NCBI GenBank assembly: GCA_963735595.1
Contig: CAVTLK010000002.1
Span: 288,001-352,000 of the forward strand
Length of the DNA: 64,000 nt
Source of the DNA: an uncultured delta proteobacterium
GTDB lineage: Bacteria > Desulfobacterota > Zymogenia > Zymogenales > Zymogenaceae
Reading direction: 5' to 3'
This document shows, one piece after another, positions 36,106 through 47,571 of this stretch. The translations under genes and the position numbers were made by a program. Every line of letters starts with the position of its first letter. Within the stretch, counting starts at the first letter, position 1. Under the pieces are notes generated by a model. It made no database searches. It had not been told where the DNA came from and saw only the letters and a list, made by a program, of their open reading frames with translations.

Positions 36106-36882
36106 TTACGACTTCAGATAGCGTTCGATCGCCCCGTCGGTTTTCCCGAAGTAGACGAGTTCTCCGTCGACAAAATACATGCAGGAGGGACAGATCTTTC
36201 GTACCAGCGTCATGTTATGACTCACAAAGAGGATCGTCCTTTCGTCGTTCTTGAAACTCTGGATTCTCTCAAAGCACTTGCGCTGAAACTCGGCGTCACC
36301 AACGGCCAGGACTTCATCTAGAATCAGTATCTCGCTTTCAATATGCGCCGCGATTGAAAAGCCGAGGCGCACATACATGCCGCTTGAGTAGAATTTTACC
36401 GGCGTGTCGAGAAACTTTTCGATCTCGGCAAAATGGACGATCCGGTCAAACTTCTTGTTTATTTCGGCCCTTCTCATTCCGAGTATTGCCGCGTTCAGAT
36501 AGATATTCTCCCGCCCCGTCAGGTCGGGATGAAACCCGGTTCCAATCTCCAGGAGGCTCGTCAGGCGTCCCCTGATTCGTGCGGTTCCGATCGTCGGCTC
36601 GGTAATTCTGCACAGGATCTTGAGTAGTGTCGATTTGCCCGCGCCGTTCTTTCCGATGATCCCGACGGTCTGGCCCCTTTCTATTTGGAAAGAGACGTTT
36701 TCCGAAGCGCCCAGAAATCCTCACACCTTTCTACAGCGTCCGGGCGTAAGTCTTTCCTGGCTCTTCTTAGAATGTCTTTGTAAGGTAGTTTATCTTTTCG
36801 GTGAGGGTGGAATAGCGATCCGTCGGCCGATGAGAGATCCTGTATTTTTTTCCGATATTTTCCGAAACGATGCAAACTCCAT
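36106..36882 (-). CDS. wzt: Polysaccharide ABC exporter ATPase (Wzt), frameshifted, no C-terminal carbohydrate-binding domain
   Basis: GIIGKNGAGKSTLLKIL, GFHPDLTGRENIYLN, PVKFYSSGMYVRLGF, ILDEVLAVGD, LFVSH. Confidence 0.88.
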
Positions 36883-36898
36883 GTAGTTCCCGTGACGG

Positions 36899-37768
36899 TC
36901 AAATTATGTCGGCGAAATATCTTTCCATTCTTTTGAAATAGTAGAGCCCCGAGACGAAGATAACAGACGAAACCGCCATTGATATTCCGAGGAGTTGCAG
37001 GTCCATATCCTTGTTGCCCAATATGCAGACACGGTGCGCGTCAATGACTCCCGACATCGGGTTCAGGTAGATAAGAAAGCGGTATTTCGTCGTAACAATG
37101 CTCGTCGGATAGACAACGGGTGTGATGAAGAGGAGCAACTGGATGAAAAAGGGAATAATATGCTGGATATCACGGAATCTTTACCGTTAGCGCGGAAAGC
37201 CATAACCCGAGTCCTATTGCCGTCAGCGTCGATGTGATCAGGATGACGGGAAGCATAAGAATATATATGCTGGGCGGGTACGAGTAGTAGAGCCATGATG
37301 CAGCGCCAGGAATAGAAGTGATATTAGGTAGTCGTAGATGCCCGAAAGACTATAGGAACAGGGAATAATTATTCGGGGGAAATATACTTTCGTTATGAGG
37401 GACTGGTTGCTTGACCAGACAGGCGCTCGAATTGAGAAGCGAATATGAGAAGTAATTCCAGAGCACCAGTCCGGAAAGACAGAACAAGGGATACGGTATA
37501 TCTTCAGACGGGACCTTTACGATTCCCCCGAAAACAACCGTGAGGATCACGATCGAGATGAACGGCTTGATGAAGGCCCACGCGAAACCGAGGACGGTTT
37601 GCTTGTAACGGGCCTTTATCTCTTTCCAGGCAAAAAAATAAAACAGCTCCCGATATACGATAAAGTCTCTCAGGTTAATCGGGATAAAGCCACTGGACGG
37701 CTTAATGACCAGCTCTTCGTCCGTGAGACGTCGCGTATTCGTCCAAATGGTCCTTTTTTCTGATTCAT
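36899..37768 (-). CDS. wzm: Polysaccharide ABC exporter permease (Wzm), frameshifted
   Basis: YRELFYFFAWKEIKARYKQTVLGFAWA, KVYFPR, FITPVVYP, LNPMSGVI, YFKRMERYFADII. The start is approximate. Confidence 0.88.
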
Positions 37769-37783
37769 TGAGGACCTTTGCCG

Positions 37784-38751
<968 letters not shown>

Positions 38752-39377
38752 CTAAACCGATACGGAATCTTGATCCAAAATAGACCATTCGTTTTCCCTG
38801 TTAATACTACGCACGGAAGAATGGATTTAGCGCCACACTATTTCAGATTGTGAGAAACAAGGATTATAGAGGTGATGTCCCTGTCTTGTCCGTCCGGGAA
38901 TACGCGAAAACCGCGTGTTTAGTATCACTCGAAACGGCCGTCAATTTAGTATAATTACTGAATATAAAGAACCGGCCCGTAAAGAGAGGAGCGTATATCC
39001 GGCGACCGGGCAACGTGGGCCGTGAGCGACGGTGAGACTGTTTCCCTCATATACGAGTTACCTGTCGATGCCAAAGAACCGGGTGATCTCCCTTTGGCAT
39101 AGATATACCGTAATCATTGATAAAAAGCAACTGTTTTCGGCGTTCACGGATATAGCCGGGTGTTTTCCGTATCTTTCGAAAAAAGGCACCATGCTCCCCG
39201 GGGACGCACGGACGCGTTTCCTGCGGGATGACAATGAGGAATCAGGGGGATTTTAGAAGTATCGGCGGAGCCTATATGAACAATCCCAAGGACAAGAAAA
39301 TAGTTGCATAATTTGCATGAATAGTATACAAATATAGTGAGTCTCAGGATTTTCTCAAAAGGGTCCCCTGGTGTAAT

Positions 39378-40517
39378 ATGACGATGACCGATATCCTTAC
39401 CACGCCCCACGCGTTGGGGACACACACCGCGCCCAACCGTCTCGTCGCCCAGGCGATGGAGACAAACTGCGCCGAAGGGGGCGGGATTACCCCCGGCATC
39501 ATCCGCAGGTATGAGGGGCTGGCCGAGGGTGGCTGGGGCATTGTTTTTATGGAGGCGGTTTCGATCACGGAACGGCACCTGGCGCGCAAACGCGGTCTGA
39601 TCATCACAAAGGACCGCCTGGACGGCTTCAAACGGCTGGTGGAAGCGTTCAGGAAGGCAAACGATCGGTCGCTCCTCCTGTTTCAGCTGAGCCACTCCGG
39701 GCGGCTGAGCGGCGCTTTTTCAAGGATGGTCAAGGCGTATGAGGACGACCTGACCGACGCGCCGGTGCTTTCGGAAGACGAGATCAATGAAGCGGTGGAT
39801 GACTGCGTAGCCGCGGCTTTATTGGCGCATGAGGCAGGGGCCGACGGGGTGGACATCAAGGCGTGCCACGGTTACCTGGGCGGAGAGCTGCTGCGCCCGG
39901 CCAACGGGCGGGCCGACCGGTACGGGGGCAGGCCCGAAAACCGCGCCCGGTACGTCGCCACCGTGATCAGTGAAATAAAGCGGCTCCATACCGGCTTTCT
40001 GGCGGGAAGCCGAGTATCATTGTTCGAAGGGATACGGGGCGGATGCGGCACCGCCGGCCCGGCGGAAGTGATCGAGGATCTTTCGGATATACTGGATGTC
40101 GTCTCGTCCATTGTTGCCGCCGGGGCCGACTTCATTAACGTTTCGGCGGGGATCCCCGCGCTGACCCCCGGCCTGACCCGTCCGACAGTCGCGAGCGACG
40201 TCAATCTCTACCACCATTTCCGTTACACGAAGGATGTCAAAGATCGTTTCCGGCGCACCGCCGTCATAGGTTCGGCCTATTCGGCGGGGCACGAACAAGC
40301 TGCCCGGTACGCCGGGGAAAACATCGAGAAGGGATATACGGATTTTGCGGGATTTGGACGGCAAAATCTGGCCGATCCCCTTTTCCCCCGAAAGCTCTTT
40401 TCCGGTTCCGACACGATAGACTACTGTACGTTGTGTGGGGGGTGTTCGCGCCTCCTCAAGAAACAGGAGACGGTCTTTTGCACGACATACGGGCCGAACC
40501 GGCGGGAGCGGACGTGA
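39378..40517 (+). CDS. NADH:flavin oxidoreductase (Old Yellow Enzyme family) with C-terminal Cys cluster
   Basis: NRLVAQAME, QLSHSGR, GADGVDIKACHGYL, YGGRPENRAR, GFGRQ, CTLCGGC...C. Confidence 0.88.
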   Translation: MTMTDILTTPHALGTHTAPNRLVAQAMETNCAEGGGITPGIIRRYEGLAEGGWGIVFMEAVSITERHLARKRGLIITKDRLDGFKRLVEAFRKANDRSLLLFQLSHSGRLSGAFSRMVKAYEDDLTDAPVLSEDEINEAVDDCVAAALLAHEAGADGVDIKACHGYLGGELLRPANGRADRYGGRPENRARYVATVISEIKRLHTGFLAGSRVSLFEGIRGGCGTAGPAEVIEDLSDILDVVSSIVAAGADFINVSAGIPALTPGLTRPTVASDVNLYHHFRYTKDVKDRFRRTAVIGSAYSAGHEQAARYAGENIEKGYTDFAGFGRQNLADPLFPRKLFSGSDTIDYCTLCGGCSRLLKKQETVFCTTYGPNRRERT

Positions 40518-40614
40518 TGTACGGTTCACGTCGGTTGCGGCCGATTCTACCCGAAACCGGCGTCGATTCCACGCGATATTCGCGCAGCCGCCCGAAGCCG
40601 AAAGGACTGTTACC

Positions 40615-41622
40615 ATGACGGAACCCGTAAAAAATCTCCAGGATATTGCGGCAATTTGCTCCGTCTCCGTCAGCACCGTGTCACGGGTGATCAACCACGA
40701 GCCGGGCATATCCAGAGAGACCGTACGGCGGGTCATGGAGGTAGTCCAGCGGTATAAATTTTCCCCGAGCAAGCGCAAGCGTCCGATCTCGCGCTCCCAA
40801 CTCAGGCTGCTCTTGATCGTTCCCGATGCGTCGGTTACCATGGACAATCCGTTTTTCGACATTGGCGAGCTTCTGAGATCGGTGGGCAGCGTCTTCTCCG
40901 GGGAAAAGAAGACCATTGAGACCTTTTCTTTTTCCCAGCTGTTTGACCCCGATCGGATCTCCCTTGAATCCGCCGACGGTGTCATATTCGCCTTCGGAGA
41001 CGTCGACCGCCGGGTTCTGGACTCGCTTCACACTGCGAGGATACCGTACATCTTTCTCAACCGCGTTCTGGATGACAATAACTACGTCTCCTGCAATCAT
41101 TATAAGGGGACGCTGCGGCTTGCCGAACACCTGGCGGCCCGAGGGTATAAACGTGTCGGGTACCTCGGCTGCGAGGCAATCCCGGTAAACGCGGATCGGA
41201 GGCGCGGGTATCTGACGGGGACGTTTGAGGCCGCGGGAAAAATCGACCCGTCACTGACTATCGAGGTTGCCTCGGTGGGAGAGGTAACGCAGGAGACGGC
41301 CCGTCATTTCGTAGGCCGGGGATGCGACGCCGTGATGTGTTTCAACGACAACTTCGCGATTCGGCTCATCATGGGGCTTTCGGATATGGGCAGGAAGGTT
41401 CCCAATGATATGGCGGTGACCGGTTTTGACGACTCCCCGCTCAGGAGGGTCTTTTTACCCTCGATCACGACGATCAGCCTTTCAACGTTCGAGATGGGTT
41501 TCTTCGCCGCGCGCTGGCTACGGGACAATATCCAGCACCGGGAGTCCCGGAGGATTCAGCTGGAGGTAAACGGCACCCTGATAGTCGGCGAATCGACCAC
41601 CCGAGGAGGGACCAATGGGTAA
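40615..41622 (+). CDS. LacI family transcriptional regulator
   Basis: NLQDIAAICSVSVSTVSRVIN HTH; CFNDNFA, VPNDMAVTGFDD, ITTI. Confidence 0.92.
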   Translation: MTEPVKNLQDIAAICSVSVSTVSRVINHEPGISRETVRRVMEVVQRYKFSPSKRKRPISRSQLRLLLIVPDASVTMDNPFFDIGELLRSVGSVFSGEKKTIETFSFSQLFDPDRISLESADGVIFAFGDVDRRVLDSLHTARIPYIFLNRVLDDNNYVSCNHYKGTLRLAEHLAARGYKRVGYLGCEAIPVNADRRRGYLTGTFEAAGKIDPSLTIEVASVGEVTQETARHFVGRGCDAVMCFNDNFAIRLIMGLSDMGRKVPNDMAVTGFDDSPLRRVFLPSITTISLSTFEMGFFAARWLRDNIQHRESRRIQLEVNGTLIVGESTTRGGTNG

Positions 41623-42395
41623 ACAACCAGGCGAGCCCCGGACCGCCCTGGTCACGGGCGGAAGCGCCGGTATCGGAAAGGCGGTCGCCCTGGCGCTGGC
41701 CTCCGAGGGATACACGGTCCTGATCTCCGGCCGGCGGCCCGACCGGGAGGCGGCCGAGCTCGTCGGGCGCCTCAACGAGGCCGCCGGGACCGACCGGTGC
41801 CGCTACGTTCGGGGAGATATCGCCGATGCGGCGTGCCGCGACCACCTGGTGAAGACAATCAGGGAAGAGTACAAAACGCTGACGGTCCTGGTAAACAATG
41901 CCGGCGTTACCACGCGGGACAGGAAGGACATGCTGGAGCTGACCGAGGACGATATAGTCGGTCTCCTTAAGGTTAACCTGATTGCCCCCTTCCTCCTCTC
42001 GGCCGCCCTAGCCGACCTCATGAACGGGAGACAAGAGCCGGCCTATATCATTAACGTATCTTCTATATCGGCCTATACCGCTTCCACGAACCGGGCCGAC
42101 TACTGCATCTCGAAGGCCGGTGTTTCGATGATGACTGCGCTTTTTGCCGACCGATTGGCGGCCGACAACATCCGCGTCTTCGAGGTGCGGCCCGGCATTA
42201 TCAGGACCGACATGACTGAACCGGCGGCCGAAAAATACGATCGTCTCATCGCGGAGGGGCTGCTTCCTATCGGACGCTGGGGAACGCCCGAGGACGTGGC
42301 CCGGGCCGTGCGTCGGGATCGTCCTGGGATACCATCCCTACAGCACCGGTTCCGCCGTCGACGTGGACGGCGGATTTCATATCAGGAGGCTCTAA
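41615..42395 (+). CDS. Short-chain dehydrogenase/reductase, one frameshift near 42315
   Basis: TGGSAGIG, VNNAG, YCISK (YxxxK), PGIIRTDM, RWGTPEDV, DVDGG. Confidence 0.9.
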
Positions 42396-42397
42396 CA

Positions 42398-44425
42398 ATG
42401 CGCCGGGGCGTCATTGCCGCAGGGGGGACCTCGCGTGCCGGTCATCGAGAGCCGGGTCTGTATCGTCGGCTCCGGGGCGGCGGCCCTCAATGCCGCGGTG
42501 CATCTTCGTCATCTGGGCGTCGATGACGTGATCATTGTGACCGAGCGCGTGGGAGGGGGCGTCTCGGCCAACGCCGGCTCGGACAAGCAGACCTATTATC
42601 GGACAAACCCGGCGGCGGCCGGCGGAGACGGGGTCCGGGAAACGGCCGAGAACGCTCTTTTCGGGCGGAGCGATGCACGGCGATATCGCCCTGGTGGAGG
42701 CGGCGCTGTCGGAGCGGGAATTCTATCATCTCGCGGAGCTGGGCGTGGATTTCCCTCACGACCGATACGGGGTCTACCCCGGCTACCGCACCGACCACGA
42801 CACGGCGGACCGGGGGACTTCGGCGGGGCCGGAGGACCTCGATCGAGATGGTCGCGCGGCTGGCCGATGAGGTCGAGCCGTCTCAAAATTCCTATCGTGG
42901 ACGGATTGACGGTCGTGGAGCTTATCACCGACTCGATGGACGGCGCCACGCGGGTGGCGGGGCTCGTGGGTTTGGAGCGGCCCCGCATCGGGCGGGACGA
43001 TACCTTCGGACTAACGGCGGTTATGGCAGATTACGTCGTATACGCTGTCGGCGGGCCCGGCGGGCTTTTCGGGACAGCGTCTACCCGCCCGACCAGGTCG
43101 GAGGATTGGGCGCGCCGCTGGCGGCGGGGGCGGTCGCCGTAAACCTCACGGAATCCCAGTTTGGTATCGCCTCGACGGGCTTTCGCTGGAATCTCTCCGG
43201 CAGTTACCAGCAGGTGCTGCCCCGATATATCTCTACCGACCCGGCCGGCGGCGATGCCCGGGAATTTCTCAACGCCGGGTTCCCCGACGCCGATCGCCTC
43301 TTCACCGCCCAGTTTCTGAAGGGCTACCAGTGGCCGTTTGACGTGCGCAAGCTCTCGGATTACGGCTCGTCCCTGATTGACCTTTTGGTCTTTGAAGAGA
43401 CCGTTATACGGGGGCGCCGGGCCTTTGCCGACTTTTCCCAAAATCCCGCCCACGGCGGCGTATCGTTCTCGATGGAGTCAGCCCCCGATGTCGTCAGGGA
43501 ATACCTCACGGCGTCCGGTGCTGCCGCCGATACCCCGGTGGGCCGGCTTCAAACCCTCAACCGGCCGGCCCGCGAGCATTTTCCTGGACAACGGCATCGA
43601 TCTCGCCACGGACAGGGTGCCGATCGCGGTCTCGTCATCAGCACACCAACGGCGGACTCGCCGGCTCGATCTGGTGGGAGACGACGATTCGCAACCTGTT
43701 TGCGGTCGGCGAATGCAACGGCAGCCACGGCATCTATCGGCCGGGCGGGGCCGCCCTGAACGCCGGCCAGGTCGGCTCGCTGAGGGCGGCCCAGATGATC
43801 GCCCATCGCAATGGCGGAAAGCGATCCTGGCGCGTCGGGAAGACGGGCCACGGCAACGGCCCTGGAGAGGCTCGTCCGAATCTATTCGGGACTTTCGTCC
43901 CGGCCTAACCGTATCGACACTGACAAGGAACGGAACCGTATCCAGCGGCGTATGTCGCGGGTTATGGGGATCGTCCGAAATGCCGAAGACGTTGCCCACG
44001 CCCTCGAGGAGAACCGGGAGATGATCGACGCCCACCGGTCGGGGGGGCTGAGCGGCCGGGAAGAGCTCCTTGCGTTCGTCAAGAACGAGGACCTCCTGAT
44101 AAGTGAGCGGGCGTGCCTTGCCTCGGCGAAGTTTCTCCTTGGTGTCCTCTCCGGGGCGCGAGGGTCGTTTCTGGTCGGGCGGCGCGATATGATCGAGGCC
44201 CTAACGAAGTGCCGAGCCGGCACGAGATCACCGGACGTGTTCCCGGACGAGTCGATGAACGACCGCGTTCTCGAATGTGTCCTGGATGGGGACCTTAGCC
44301 CGCACGTCCGGTTGGTCGGCGTTCGCCCGATCCCCAACGAGACCGCGCCGTTCGAGCGGACGTGGGCCGCGTACCGGGACGGCGCCTTTTATCGCGATAT
44401 TCCCTTTGACGGGGGCAAACCATGA
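42398..44425 (+). CDS. FAD-binding protein, succinate dehydrogenase/fumarate reductase flavoprotein-like, multiple frameshifts
   Basis: IVGSGAAALNAA, NAGSDKQTYY, FRWNLSGSYQQVLPR, QHTNGG, LFAVGECNGSHGIYRPGGAALN, RGS near the C-terminus. Confidence 0.8.
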
Positions 44426-45058
44426 AGAAGCGGGTACTGGTGGTCTCGGCGGGCCTGGTTCACCCGACGTCTTTCGGCGCGAAGGCATCTGGAGGGCATT
44501 ATCAGCGCATACGGGCTAATCGACCATACCACCGTCCGCGACGTCGAGGCCCTCACGCGCCTGGACCGGGATGAATTTTCCGGCGCGGTCCTCTATTTTC
44601 ATCGGCGGCACATCTCCGACAGGGCGCTTGGCGTCCTGGATCGGTTCGTGAAGGGGGGAGGGGGGCTGCTGGCGATCCACGGGGCATCGGCCTCCTTCAA
44701 GAAGACCCCACGGTATTTCGACATCCTCGGCGGGCGGTTCGTGGGCCACGGTAAAATAGAGGCGTATACGGTGTTCAGGATCGGGGGAGACGACCCCCTG
44801 TTTGCCGTTACCGAGCCATTCGCCGTCATCGACGAGCTCTATATCCACCGCTATGACAGCGACGTGACCGTTCACTACGCGACCGAGAGGACGGGCAGTA
44901 CCGAGCCGGTGGTCTGGACAAAGACGCACGGGAAGGGGCGGGTCTGCTATATCTCCCTGGGACACGTGAGCGAGGTTCTCAAGGGCAAGGAGGTAAGACA
45001 GATTATAACGGATGCCCTCTCATTTATCGTAGGAACCCGATCGGAAGGCAAGCAATGA
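44422..45058 (+). CDS. ThuA-like domain protein, one frameshift near 44470
   Basis: FVKGGGGLLAIHG, ILGGRFVGH, DELY, PVVWTKTHGKGRVCYISLGH. Confidence 0.82.
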
Positions 45059-46083
45059 AGAGGTTTAAACTGGCGATCGTCGGATGTGGCGATATTGCCC
45101 GGTACGTCGCGCTCGGATGCCTGATCAACCGAAAGATTACGGCGGTCGCCTGTATGGACAGCGACGAAGCAAAGGCCCGCGCGTTCGGGCGGCGTTTCCG
45201 GATCGGGCAGGTATTTGACGACTACGACCTGATGCTTGAGAGCGCCGGGGCCGACGCCATCTACCTGGCCGTACCCCACCACCTGCATCGGGCGATGATC
45301 GAGAAGGCCGTTGCCCGGGGGCTTCCGGTGTTGTGCGAAAAGCCTATCGCCACTGCTCTGGACGACGGGATGGCGATCTGCCGGCTTGCCCGGGAGACCG
45401 GGATCAAGATAGGGATCAACTATCAATACCGGTACGATACCGGGTGCTACCGGCTTTTCAGGGCCGCCCAGACCGGTGCGCTCGGCAGGCCCCTGTACGG
45501 CCGCTGCAATATCCCCTGGCACCGGGGACCGGACTACTTTTCCGGCGCCCCGTGGCACGCCGGCAAGGACGCGAGCGGCGGCGGCACGCTGATCACCCAG
45601 GCAAGCCATATCATCGATATCGCCATCCTGGCGCTTGGCGGGGAGCCGGTAACCGCCCGGGCAGATATAGCCCGGCGGGTGTTTTCCGACGTCGAGGTGG
45701 AGGACCTCGGCATGGGGATCGTGGGGCTGTCCAACGGCGCGCTGCTGTCGATAAGCAGCTCCATGATCGCCGTACCCGAACGGCCGGCGACAATCGAGGT
45801 ATACGGGAGCGCGGGCACGGGCATCTATACCGGATCGGCGTTTTCATCCGTGCGGTTTTTCGGGACGAAGCCCACGCGCCACCGCGTCCCGGTGGGGGGG
45901 TTGCACGCGTTGTTTCGGAGCGTCGAAGGCTTCCGGCGCTGGGTGCAGCACGACGTCGACTACCTGATCCCGGCCCCTTCCTCCCTTCGGGTCCTGGCGG
46001 TCGTGGAGGCGCTCTACCGCTCGGCGGCAAGCGGCAGGCGCGAGACCGTGGACGACCGCTACCTGCGCTTCACCACGACCTGA
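45055..46083 (+). CDS. Gfo/Idh/MocA family NAD(P)-dependent oxidoreductase
   Basis: AIVGCGDIA, VPHHLH, VLCEKP, GGGTLITQASHIID. Confidence 0.92.
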   Translation: MKRFKLAIVGCGDIARYVALGCLINRKITAVACMDSDEAKARAFGRRFRIGQVFDDYDLMLESAGADAIYLAVPHHLHRAMIEKAVARGLPVLCEKPIATALDDGMAICRLARETGIKIGINYQYRYDTGCYRLFRAAQTGALGRPLYGRCNIPWHRGPDYFSGAPWHAGKDASGGGTLITQASHIIDIAILALGGEPVTARADIARRVFSDVEVEDLGMGIVGLSNGALLSISSSMIAVPERPATIEVYGSAGTGIYTGSAFSSVRFFGTKPTRHRVPVGGLHALFRSVEGFRRWVQHDVDYLIPAPSSLRVLAVVEALYRSAASGRRETVDDRYLRFTTT

Positions 46084-46131
46084 GGCTGCCATCGTTATTT
46101 ATAAAGTTTATCACTATCATGTGAGGATGCC

Positions 46132-47571
46132 ATGAAAGAACTGACCAAAGGGAAACTCGGACTGTCGACCAAGATCGGCTTCGGTGTCGGCGACATCTAC
46201 GGCGGCGGTTCCATGATGATCATCGGGTTTTATTATCTCTATTTCCTTACCGACGTGGTGCTCCTGACGCCGGCGCTGGCGGGAGCCGTTATTCTGGTCA
46301 GCAAGGCGTGGGATGCGATAACCGACCCGATCATGGGCGTTATCTCCGACAGGACCAGGACCCGTTTCGGGAGGCGGCGCCCCTATTTTCTGGCCGGAAT
46401 CGTCCTTATTTTCCTGTCCTTTTTTGCCATGTGGTACCCCATTGACTTTTCACGGGAGATGCACCGGTTCATCTATGTCCTGGTGGCGTACGTCTTTTTC
46501 TCGAGCGTCATCACGATGGTGATGATTCCCTACAACGCGATGGTCCCGGAGCTTACCCCGGATTACAACGAGCGGACGTCCTTGACAAGCTTTCGGATCT
46601 TCTTTTCCGGGCTTTCCTCGCTGGTTTGCGCCGTGGTGCCCTGGGAGATCGTCAAGGCCTTTAAGCCGAACGTCGACACCGGATTCATCGTCATGGCTAC
46701 GGCCTTCGGCCTCTTTTTCGCCCTCCCGTTTATCGCTACGTTCCTGACGACGCGTGAGCGTCCCGAGTTTCAACAGGACGCGGTGCCGTTCAGTCTCAAG
46801 CGCACGTTTATCGAACCGTTCAAGACCCCGACGTTTATCAACGTATTGTTGATGTATTTGTTTGCCTTCGTGGCGATGGATATGGTCATGTCGGTTATTA
46901 TATACTTTATGACCTACTACGTGGGCAGGCAGGACGAAACCAACTACGTGCTCGGGGTATTACTGGTGGTGCAGCTGGCGGTCATACCCCTCTATTACCT
47001 CTTGAGCAAGCGCACCAGTAAGAAGGTCGCATACATCAGTGCGGTCGTCGTCTGGATCTGTTCCATGTCGCTCAGCTTCGCGGCCGGGCCCGATTCCCCA
47101 TCGTGGCTGATATACCTGTTCGGCGCCCTGGTGGGGGCCGGCACCGGCGGGGTCGTGATCATGATCTACTCGATCTTCCCCGATGTCCCGGACGTGGACG
47201 AGCTCTATTCGGGCGCCCGGCGCGAGGGGCTCTACTCCGGGATGTTCACCTTCATGCGCAAGCTCAGCTCTGCCGCGGGCCTCTTTATTGTCTCGGCGGT
47301 CATCGGGTGGGCCGGCTATCAGGCGCCCGTTGACGGTATCCAGCAGACCCAGACAGACCAGTTCATTCTCGTGCTCAGGGTCATCTTTGTGGCAGTGCCG
47401 GTGGTGCTCCTTGCCCTCTGCCTGGCAAGTGCGCTCTTTTTCTCGCTGTCGCCCTCGCTGCACAGGCGCATAAAGGAGCACCTCGAGCAGAGGAGGACCG
47501 TCGCCACGGCGACGGCAGCCATGCGGGAAGAAGAAAGGCAGCTTAAACAAATTCTCGAGAAACGGAAATGA
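46132..47571 (+). CDS. MFS glycoside-pentoside-hexuronide (MelB-like) symporter
   Basis: WDAITDPIMGVISDRTRTRFGRRRPY, ELTPDYNERTSL, RREGLYSG; about 12 hydrophobic segments. Confidence 0.92.
   Translation: MKELTKGKLGLSTKIGFGVGDIYGGGSMMIIGFYYLYFLTDVVLLTPALAGAVILVSKAWDAITDPIMGVISDRTRTRFGRRRPYFLAGIVLIFLSFFAMWYPIDFSREMHRFIYVLVAYVFFSSVITMVMIPYNAMVPELTPDYNERTSLTSFRIFFSGLSSLVCAVVPWEIVKAFKPNVDTGFIVMATAFGLFFALPFIATFLTTRERPEFQQDAVPFSLKRTFIEPFKTPTFINVLLMYLFAFVAMDMVMSVIIYFMTYYVGRQDETNYVLGVLLVVQLAVIPLYYLLSKRTSKKVAYISAVVVWICSMSLSFAAGPDSPSWLIYLFGALVGAGTGGVVIMIYSIFPDVPDVDELYSGARREGLYSGMFTFMRKLSSAAGLFIVSAVIGWAGYQAPVDGIQQTQTDQFILVLRVIFVAVPVVLLALCLASALFFSLSPSLHRRIKEHLEQRRTVATATAAMREEERQLKQILEKRK

Noticed and set aside
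42398..44425. Respiratory succinate dehydrogenase/fumarate reductase (sdhA/frdA)
   Set aside because: No Fe-S or membrane-anchor subunits adjacent, and it sits in a sugar-catabolic context; only family-level similarity.
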